Of a DNA stretch of 53,150 nt, positions 46,669-53,150 are shown piece after piece. Each line of letters opens with the position of its first letter. Position 1 is the stretch's first letter. Below the pieces are notes generated by a model. It saw only the letters and a program-made list of their open reading frames with translations, was not told the DNA's origin and searched no databases. Source of the stretch: a virus (lineage: Duplodnaviria > Caudoviricetes); IMG/VR virus record IMGVR_UViG_3300025769_000161, positions 1 to 53,150 of that record; one strand, 5' to 3'. The translations under genes were made by a program, and so were the position numbers.

Positions 46669-47169
46669 TCAGAATTCTCTTGAGTACCGCCATACTCGGT
46701 AGGTACTTAAGGTCCTGATGTCGTGCAAGTTAAGTTTTGTAATTAGATCCTGGCGGTCCTTTCTGCGATACTTCTGTTTGTAGGCATCTCTCTTGTTGGC
46801 GACGATCGTTGCGTCCTTGAGTTCGTCCTCAGTGTAATGCAGGAGTTCCACCCGATCTACGATTGAGAATCCTCCTTCCTCTGGCATATCGAAGGCGATG
46901 ATCTTTGCACCGCCATACAGCCAGCCAGGATTCCCTCTTACGTTCATCAACTCTACCCAAATCTCATCAGGCAGGTTGTTACCTTTCACGTCAACCCCCC
47001 ACTTACCCGTGTTGTTATGGGCAAGCCAGTAGTCCACATGCTCATGTATGTCCTCCGTATGCGAGGACTTCTTTACGTCCAGTCCTAACTCCTCAGCCGC
47101 TCTCACAAACCGAACCTCAGCTACCCTTCCCGTCGAGCCCGAATAGGCCCTCCGTTTTTGGCTCACCAT
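46669..47169 (-). CDS. PD-(D/E)xK nuclease-like protein
   Basis: AEVRF...EDIHEHVDYW...VDVKG. Confidence 0.65.
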   Translation of the reverse strand: MVSQKRRAYSGSTGRVAEVRFVRAAEELGLDVKKSSHTEDIHEHVDYWLAHNNTGKWGVDVKGNNLPDEIWVELMNVRGNPGWLYGGAKIIAFDMPEEGGFSIVDRVELLHYTEDELKDATIVANKRDAYKQKYRRKDRQDLITKLNLHDIRTLSTYRVWRYSREF

Positions 47170-47380
47170 GAGCTTCGTAAAATTGGTTAGAGGCTTCTCT
47201 TACGAGGTCGAGCTCGTAGTTAATCTGCTGTCTCACTTTCTGAGTCAGCTCCACTACGTACCCTGGGTGTCTCTTCGGGTCCCCCTCCCTGTTGAATAGG
47301 TCCTCGTAGAAGTTCGCTATCAGGCGGTGCATCCTTTCGGTTGCTACGCCGTAGCTTCTTCCCACGTCTTCTTTTGTCAT
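47117..47380 (-). CDS. hypothetical protein
   Basis: Fills gap between the two nucleases; helical. Confidence 0.55.
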   Translation of the reverse strand: MTKEDVGRSYGVATERMHRLIANFYEDLFNREGDPKRHPGYVVELTQKVRQQINYELDLVREASNQFYEAHGEPKTEGLFGLDGKGS

Positions 47381-47831
47381 CTGGTATGTTGTCTTTGATT
47401 ATACTTATCGCTTGTTCGACCTGCTGTCGATTTTTACAAATGAACAGCATAGGTAGCGGTTTTCCAAGTTCGGTTAAGTATTTCATAAACAACTTCCAAC
47501 GCATCGGGAAGTCGTGGTGAGAATGAAGGAATCCCTTCGTCTCTATGATCCAGCTCTCGTCCTTCGCAACGAAGTCGGGCTTGTAACGTATCGGGAGTGC
47601 GACACTGTCGCTCCGATCGGTCATGTCTTTCTTCTTCGAGGTCATCTTCCAGTACACGCCCTCGTATCGGAACTTGTCCATGAGCGTATACTCGTGCTCC
47701 TCATAGGAGAAAGGTATCCCAGATTCAGCAAGAAGGTCAGCGCAAGTCTTTTCAAGACCGCTCTTATACCTTCCCAACTCCCTCTTCTTGGCAGACTTTC
47801 TCTTGGTAGTCTGTCCTCTTCTTCGCTTCAC
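47220..47831 (-). CDS. T7 endonuclease I-like Holliday junction resolvase
   Basis: YKSGLE, F.YE, YKPDF, IIETKG motifs. Confidence 0.8.
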   Translation of the reverse strand: MKRRRGQTTKRKSAKKRELGRYKSGLEKTCADLLAESGIPFSYEEHEYTLMDKFRYEGVYWKMTSKKKDMTDRSDSVALPIRYKPDFVAKDESWIIETKGFLHSHHDFPMRWKLFMKYLTELGKPLPMLFICKNRQQVEQAISIIKDNIPDDKRRRGKKLRRSNRKDAPPDSELLRGPIQQGGGPEETPRVRSGADSESETAD

Positions 47832-47847
47832 ATGGGAAAGTTACAGC

Positions 47848-49653
47848 TTAAATCGATGCGAAGGTCTCATTTGGGGACATCTTAAAAGTTTTGTAGTTCT
47901 TGAACTCAGAACCAATAGGTTGAAACAGTTTCTCCTGTGTGTAATTCGACCTGAAGGCCGTCATAGAGCTGTCCATCGTAAAGGTTAGGGGCTCGTCAAT
48001 CGACGTTGGGATACCTCCCGTCTCTACATCTCGAACCTTCCTGACATGAAGTTCGGTAGTTTTCTTGATGTTGTGGTCGGGAGCCTGGACCTTGCGGTGG
48101 ATGGTCAGGAAGCAGTCAGCTCGGTTGACGAACTTACCGCCACCCTCGGTATCCTCAGCATACGGAGCCACAGGCAAACCATCGTCACCCTTCCGACGTT
48201 GCGCTTCGGTCACGGCGTGCATGTTGAGCCAGACGGCTACATCATTGGCGTTGGAGAACGTAAGGAACTCTGAAGCCGCTTGGTAGTGGTAGTCATGGCT
48301 GTTGCCTTGCCCGCTCAACTCCAGCTTGAGGCTGTTGTATGGGTCGACTAGAACTGCGTCGAACTTCTCCTGACGGTAAATCTTCTCAAGGAAGATGATG
48401 ATGTCGCTGTAGCTGTACACCTGCTTATTGCTGATGACCGTGAAGTGCTCGTTCACCCACTTGTACGCCTCCTTCCTCTGGTCGTAGGTCATGTCCCCGA
48501 TCTTACGGTTGGTAGCGAACTGCATGAGCGTCATCTTCAGGGAGGCTGTGCGGTTCTCTGAAGAGTACACCACCCACTTCCAGTTGTGTCGGCGGGCGGC
48601 GTTCACCATCAGGTAGAGCATCATAGTCGTCTTGCCCACGTTGCTGTGGCCGTTGATGATGACGAATTCACGCTTGTACCTGAAGTGCTCGTCCAGCTTC
48701 TCGTCACCCGTATCGAGTCCGACTTGGATGCGACCATTGGCGTAGTCGTCAATCCACCTGAAGTCTTCGTCGTCAGAGGAGATGAAAGACATGTCTCCGT
48801 CACTGATGAGAAGCTCACGCTGGGCGTTCTGCTCTGCACCGATGACATCCACCAGAGGGTCTTGCTTGCCTCGCTCCAACCCTTCTCGGATGGTTTTCTT
48901 AGCGTGGTCCTCAGAGTCGATGTCCCGCTTGGAAATCTCCCTGAACAAGATGCGTGCCGCCTCTTCTTCCTCAATCCTGCCAGCGGATACAAACCCACCC
49001 AGCAGTCGGGCGGCGTTCCTGAGTGCGGCGTGCTTCTCCCCGTCTTCCGCCTGACGAATCATGCGGCATGCGAGGTTAAGCTTCATGTAGTCCGTGAACT
49101 CACCAGCCTTAGCCTCTTGAACCTGTTCGCTACGCTCGGATGCAAACGCCCCGAACTTCTGCGCCCCAGGGTTGAGGATGAGGTCAGGATCGTAGGACTC
49201 GAAGCAAGCGCGAGACTCATTGACACCAGACTCGTCAACCTCAAGGTCGTACTGCTTGTGAAAGTAGTTCTTGAGTGCGCGGAAGTGATCGCGGTGGCGC
49301 TCAGGATTGGTTACCCGAACCAGCGCCTTGAGCCCGTCACCCGATGGAGAAACCCAACAGGAGTAGACGTGAGAGTCAGTAGCCAGGACCGCTTTGGATT
49401 TCTCAACGTCAATGTGATCGAAGTCCAGTACAATGAGGCCGCTGTGATCGAACAGACCCTCGTCACTGCGATCCGAGAACTCCCCGCTAAAGCAGACAAT
49501 CGGGAGCTTCTTCTTTGCGTCTTTGTCGCCATCACGAACAGCCTCAATCGTGGTTTTCGACTGGCCCTCGCGAATCCTCCCAAGGGCAGTATGGATATCG
49601 ACATGGTGTGGGCTGTCCTTGTCGTATAGATTCTTGAAGAAGGTTACTTTCAT
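47848..49653 (-). CDS. primase-helicase (VirE-N/BT4734-like domain + DnaB-like SF4 helicase)
   Basis: KKKLP..FSG, HSGLIVLDFD, SPSGDGLK; Walker A GHSNVGKT, VLVDPYN, KVR. Confidence 0.85.
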   Translation of the reverse strand: MKVTFFKNLYDKDSPHHVDIHTALGRIREGQSKTTIEAVRDGDKDAKKKLPIVCFSGEFSDRSDEGLFDHSGLIVLDFDHIDVEKSKAVLATDSHVYSCWVSPSGDGLKALVRVTNPERHRDHFRALKNYFHKQYDLEVDESGVNESRACFESYDPDLILNPGAQKFGAFASERSEQVQEAKAGEFTDYMKLNLACRMIRQAEDGEKHAALRNAARLLGGFVSAGRIEEEEAARILFREISKRDIDSEDHAKKTIREGLERGKQDPLVDVIGAEQNAQRELLISDGDMSFISSDDEDFRWIDDYANGRIQVGLDTGDEKLDEHFRYKREFVIINGHSNVGKTTMMLYLMVNAARRHNWKWVVYSSENRTASLKMTLMQFATNRKIGDMTYDQRKEAYKWVNEHFTVISNKQVYSYSDIIIFLEKIYRQEKFDAVLVDPYNSLKLELSGQGNSHDYHYQAASEFLTFSNANDVAVWLNMHAVTEAQRRKGDDGLPVAPYAEDTEGGGKFVNRADCFLTIHRKVQAPDHNIKKTTELHVRKVRDVETGGIPTSIDEPLTFTMDSSMTAFRSNYTQEKLFQPIGSEFKNYKTFKMSPNETFASI

Positions 49654-49828
49654 TGTATTCGTTTTCTAAGATGAGTTCGAGGTAATGGATGGCTTTCTTG
49701 ATGTCGTCTGCCCCACCCTTTCTGGCATGACGACTAACGTATTTGACAACGTTACCCTCCATAAAGGATAGTCCGTTGCGGTTGATGTATTCGATGGGTT
49801 CAATCTCCATCTTGTAATGCTTGCTCAT
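49544..49828 (-). CDS. DUF3310-like protein
   Basis: HY..IEPIEYI..F.EGNVVKYVSR..KGG.DDIKKAIHYLE. Confidence 0.8.
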   Translation of the reverse strand: MSKHYKMEIEPIEYINRNGLSFMEGNVVKYVSRHARKGGADDIKKAIHYLELILENEYNESNLLQESIRQGQPTPCRYPYCPWEDSRGPVENHD

Positions 49829-50082
49829 ACTGCGTTGCTGTTTACGTATCCGTGTGTTTTGATGTCGCTAACCTCCCTGATGATGACGCGCTTGTCACCC
49901 TTAAAGGTCTTGCCGTAGCATTCACGCTTTAGTCTCTCCATCGTGCGGGGGCAGTGCTTCATAAGGTCGCTTGGAGTGCAGTATCTCGACACGGCCCATG
50001 ACCTTTTATTGATCGTGCTCTTGTTCTTTTTGTACGCTATGTCCAGCGTCATTGAGTATATCTGGGGCCTTGAGGTTTGCAT
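49825..50082 (-). CDS. hypothetical protein
   Basis: ATGA coupling to DUF3310. Confidence 0.6.
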   Translation of the reverse strand: MQTSRPQIYSMTLDIAYKKNKSTINKRSWAVSRYCTPSDLMKHCPRTMERLKRECYGKTFKGDKRVIIREVSDIKTHGYVNSNAV

Positions 50083-50359
50083 TCCACTTTCGCTTTAGTT
50101 TCTTAGATATCCATACCATGTCTACTCTGTTGGCTCTCTTCTCCCACGTGTCGGCTCTGGTCAAGATGACGCAGTTGTCGCCTTCCTTGTTGGGTATGAA
50201 GAGAAGCAGAAAGTCGGTGTCGAATTTAGGTATGGATACCGTGAAGTCTTTGTCGTAGTTCTCCGCATGGACATGGAAAGACATTCGTCTCGTTCCTTTA
50301 CAGGCAGAGAAAGTTTGGGGGCTGAGAAACTCGATGTCCCTCAACCCCCATTCGATCAT
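50006..50359 (-). CDS. hypothetical protein (start reassigned to MIEWGL)
   Basis: In operon; avoids overlap with SSB. Confidence 0.55.
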   Translation of the reverse strand: MIEWGLRDIEFLSPQTFSACKGTRRMSFHVHAENYDKDFTVSIPKFDTDFLLLFIPNKEGDNCVILTRADTWEKRANRVDMVWISKKLKRKWNANLKAPDILNDAGHSVQKEQEHDQ

Positions 50360-50378
50360 GGCGTATAGCCCAAACCCC

Positions 50379-50684
50379 TTAGAAAGGAAGGTCATCCTGG
50401 GCCACTTGCTGGCTTGCGGCCTTCGCCTCTCGCTTCTCCTTAGCGGCTTCGCTGTTAGGGTTAAAGACACGAGCGCAGGCCTTGCCGTTCTTGCTCATGA
50501 ACAACGTCACGTAGACATTGCCACCACGACCTTGCTCATCACGGCGTGTGACGTATTGGTCGAGCATGTCTTTCAGCTCGTTGTCTTTGAGACGAACAGA
50601 CCAGCTCATCAGCTCGTTGTTGTCATTGTACTTGGGGTCGTCGGCCCATCCGACGAGAACGGAGTCATACTTCGTATCGCTCAT
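50379..50684 (-). CDS. single-stranded DNA-binding protein-like
   Basis: C-terminal DDLPF; AT-rich leader before MSDTK; next to recombination genes. Confidence 0.65.
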   Translation of the reverse strand: MSDTKYDSVLVGWADDPKYNDNNELMSWSVRLKDNELKDMLDQYVTRRDEQGRGGNVYVTLFMSKNGKACARVFNPNSEAAKEKREAKAASQQVAQDDLPF

Positions 50685-50851
50685 ATTAAATTGATTAGTG
50701 TAATTAAAAGTGTAAGGGTTGTTATGTATATCGCCCACATGCTGATTGCAATAGTTAGGCTTCGCTTGTAGTTATACTCGGAACTTGACGTAGTCCGACT
50801 TGGGGGGCTTGTTCCCAGAAAGGAACGCAGTAATCCTGTCAACGGCTTCAT
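50681..50851 (-). CDS. possible small membrane peptide (up to 56 aa)
   Basis: Hydrophobic tail SLTIAISMWAIYITTLTLLITLINLI ending in ATGA overlap with SSB; start uncertain. Confidence 0.35.
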   Translation of the reverse strand: MKPLTGLLRSFLGTSPPSRTTSSSEYNYKRSLTIAISMWAIYITTLTLLITLINLI

Positions 50852-51560
50852 TGAATTTCATTTCACCAGCGAAGAGAGTCTCCTCCGAGCACTCAACGAG
50901 AGCAGGAAGATAAGGCGAAGTCTTCTCCTGAACAAGCCAGTAGAACTCATCCACCCCAAAAACCTTTGTGTAGATGTACGCCTGGATGTCATAGCAGAAA
51001 TCCCTTACGCTGTATTTGAACTTGGAGACGGACTTGGTGGATTTTGAGTCGACGATGAATCCATCGCCCAGACAATCAAGGAACCCCTTGACCCTAACTG
51101 GACCAAGCATCTCATTAAACTCAACCTGATACTGGTTGCTTGACAGATACGTGTCTGTGAGTCCGCAGTCTTGGAGACGGCCAATCATGTCGTTTGCCAT
51201 CTTCCAGTCTTCCGCCGAACAAACGGTTTTGCCAAGGGTCTCTTTCTCTGCAAGGATCTCCTCCTTTACTTTCTTGTACTCAGAAGTCATGTATGGTTTC
51301 TTAGACCCTACGGTCTTAGACCCACACAGAGATAAGATGGCATCCTCACCCAGAACAAAGTAGGTGTCCATCGCTTTCTCACGCTCAAACAAGAGCATAT
51401 CGTACAACGTGCCAAAGGCGAGCGCAGGAGACTCAAACTTGAGTTCTCGTTTCATGTAAAGGTCGAACTGAGCCATGTCGGTCAGCGCAACCTTCAGAGA
51501 GGAGTACGACAAGTGTGACTTGCCGTACCTCTCTTCGAGGGCTTTAGGGATATCAATCAT
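50772..51560 (-). CDS. PD-(D/E)xK exonuclease (RecE/DUF3799-like)
   Basis: LSYSSLK, FGT, KGFLD, IVDSKST, YDIQAYIY. Confidence 0.8.
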   Translation of the reverse strand: MIDIPKALEERYGKSHLSYSSLKVALTDMAQFDLYMKRELKFESPALAFGTLYDMLLFEREKAMDTYFVLGEDAILSLCGSKTVGSKKPYMTSEYKKVKEEILAEKETLGKTVCSAEDWKMANDMIGRLQDCGLTDTYLSSNQYQVEFNEMLGPVRVKGFLDCLGDGFIVDSKSTKSVSKFKYSVRDFCYDIQAYIYTKVFGVDEFYWLVQEKTSPYLPALVECSEETLFAGEMKFNEAVDRITAFLSGNKPPKSDYVKFRV

Positions 51561-52102
51561 CGTACAAACTTCTTGAGTCCTTTCTTCTGTGCGTCAGACA
51601 GGTCGTCACCGTACTTGCCGATGATGCTGTCGTATGCCTTCTGTTTGTCGGTCTGACCCTTGATGTAGTTCACGGCCTTGTCCATGATCGAGGTCTCGGA
51701 CTTAGGTTCACGCTTCGGGGCTGACTTGGCGTCAGACTTGTCGTCTTGCTTAGCAATCGCATCTTGGACCTCATTCGCAGAAGCGATAGACACGTCAATA
51801 CCGATACCAAGCATAGCCAGAGCACGCCCTACGGCTGACGTCTCGCAGTTCTCGACGTAGCTCGTCTTGTTGATGTTGCTGGCTGTCTTCACCTCGTGGG
51901 CATGTCCCACTGCAACAATGTGCCCGTCTGCGTCGACGATGGAAGCGCGGCAAAGACACTCGGCCTCGGTGAGCATGGGAAACTCAGTATGGATGCCCCA
52001 GTTCTTGTACTGGTCTTCTTGACGAAAAAACTTGATACGCTCGTTGACTTCGACGTACTGCTTGCCACGGATGTTAGTGGTCTTGAACTTGTAGTTACTC
52101 AT
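51557..52102 (-). CDS. ssDNA annealing protein (Rad52/Sak-like)
   Basis: GKQYVEVNERI, ENCETSAVGRALAMLGIG; adjacent to exonuclease. Confidence 0.65.
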   Translation of the reverse strand: MSNYKFKTTNIRGKQYVEVNERIKFFRQEDQYKNWGIHTEFPMLTEAECLCRASIVDADGHIVAVGHAHEVKTASNINKTSYVENCETSAVGRALAMLGIGIDVSIASANEVQDAIAKQDDKSDAKSAPKREPKSETSIMDKAVNYIKGQTDKQKAYDSIIGKYGDDLSDAQKKGLKKFVR

Positions 52103-52521
52103 TTGTTTTCAGTTTGCGGGATTGGTATTGAGTCGAGTTCGTTGCGGAGGATAGCACACTCCTGTTCTAAAATGAAGATTTGATTTGTAAGATTTGCAAG
52201 GCGGTCGGCCTTGCTGGTTGCGGAAAGTCGATTGTCTACAATGAGCTTCGCTTTCTCATATAGGTCCTTATAGCCTTTCCAAAACGAAAGGTTGTCTTCA
52301 TGATTGATGGTCATGTGAGCTACAGTCGATCGGTCTCTCTTGAGTACCTCTGCGACCTCCTGTTGATTGTCTGCCCATTGAGATAGGGCTACGCCAATGG
52401 CGTTCCTTGCCTTTACTTGGTCGGCACGTCGACTATCGTCGGGTACCATACCTATGGCAGAGTAGTAGGTCTCTACTGCGGAGTGCATTAGCAACCTACG
52501 ATTATGTGGATTGAATTTCAT
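52099..52521 (-). CDS. HTH protein with DnaA C-terminal-like motif
   Basis: SRR...ARN...EVAEVLKRDRSTVAH; start reassigned to ATG 52521. Confidence 0.6.
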   Translation of the reverse strand: MKFNPHNRRLLMHSAVETYYSAIGMVPDDSRRADQVKARNAIGVALSQWADNQQEVAEVLKRDRSTVAHMTINHEDNLSFWKGYKDLYEKAKLIVDNRLSATSKADRLANLTNQIFILEQECAILRNELDSIPIPQTENK

Positions 52522-52562
52522 TTGGGATGTGAATTTAGTGTGTTCTTGTTTAATCCGCAAGG

Positions 52563-52634
52563 AAAAAGCGGACTTTGTTTCTTCGGGCCACTCACGGCCT
52601 GTCACGGGCTCTCCCCGCGCACCATACGTCCGCC
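52563..52634 (-). ncRNA. candidate three-way-junction structured RNA with U-tail
   Basis: P1 GGCGGAC/GUCCGCU, P2 CGCGGG/CCCGUG, P3 GGCCG/UGGCC, then UUUU. Confidence 0.45.
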
Positions 52635-52639
52635 CTGGG

Positions 52640-52981
52640 TCAGCGTTCTGACTCCGATTCCTTGGTGATTGCCTCGTGAATAGCGGCGTACTTAATCATG
52701 GAGAGCATAACAGACTCCATCTTATCGCGCAGGTTGTGCATCTCGATCTTCACGCCACTGTCGTATCCGAAGATGTCGCAACGCTCGTCGATAAACTTCG
52801 ATGCAATTTGATTGTTGTGCTCGATAAACTGGTAGAGGTGAGCCGCCGTAGGCACAGAGGCCCACAGCAACACGTCATCTTCCAAGATGTCCTCGCAAGC
52901 GAAGACTTTAGCTACGACATCCTCCTTGGTGTTTTCGGATGTCATCTCCGCTACGATTCGGATGGCTCGTTCATTGGTCAT
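52640..52981 (-). CDS. hypothetical protein
   Basis: 113-aa ORF co-oriented with replication block. Confidence 0.65.
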   Translation of the reverse strand: MTNERAIRIVAEMTSENTKEDVVAKVFACEDILEDDVLLWASVPTAAHLYQFIEHNNQIASKFIDERCDIFGYDSGVKIEMHNLRDKMESVMLSMIKYAAIHEAITKESESER

Positions 52982-53117
52982 GTGGTCGGTGGTGGATTAA
53001 GACTGGGTCGCCAGTACCGCGCTGGTCGGCAAAGTCCCAGTCGGGGGTTACACAAATTTCTCCAGTGCTGAGCTTGTATGCCCAGATGCACTCGTCTTGG
53101 GGGTCAATCACTATCAT
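52971..53117 (-). CDS. small hypothetical protein (48 aa, MIVIDPQDECIW...)
   Basis: TGATG coupling to upstream partial ORF; hand-translated. Confidence 0.45.
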   Translation of the reverse strand: MIVIDPQDECIWAYKLSTGEICVTPDWDFADQRGTGDPVLIHHRPHDQ

Positions 53118-53150
53118 CAGTTCTTGTTTTCGATTTTGTAGTATCTGTCT

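Overview
This window is part of a lytic dsDNA phage genome, most likely a Bacteroidota (Flavobacteria-type) podovirus with crAss-like virion gene order. It uses the standard genetic code. The plus-strand block (1-44.6 kb) holds small basic and membrane proteins, an M15 peptidase endolysin, a GroES-like protein, two abutting tRNAs (Ile-UAU, Arg-UCU) and a GT4 glycosyltransferase. It continues with terminase, portal, two Thr-rich collagen-like fibre proteins, scaffold, major capsid protein, two ring proteins, a muzzle protein, three putative ejection proteins (the last a 3186-aa multidomain protein) and a holin. The convergent minus-strand block (44.7-53.15 kb) holds a class II ribonucleotide reductase, nucleases, a primase-helicase, DUF3310, SSB, an exonuclease/annealase pair and an HTH protein. 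The most notable observations are: (i) a repeated TATATTTG Bacteroidota -7 promoter element mostly 4 nt before start codons, suggesting leaderless late mRNAs; (ii) a giant ejection protein with SAM-lyase-like, zincin-like and HhH-glycosylase-like modules instead of a recognisable RNA polymerase; (iii) a glycosyltransferase plus G-X-T collagens, a possible virion glycosylation system; (iv) a UAU-anticodon tRNA-Ile; (v) two intergenic structured-RNA candidates. All protein family calls come from motif recognition by eye, not database searches.
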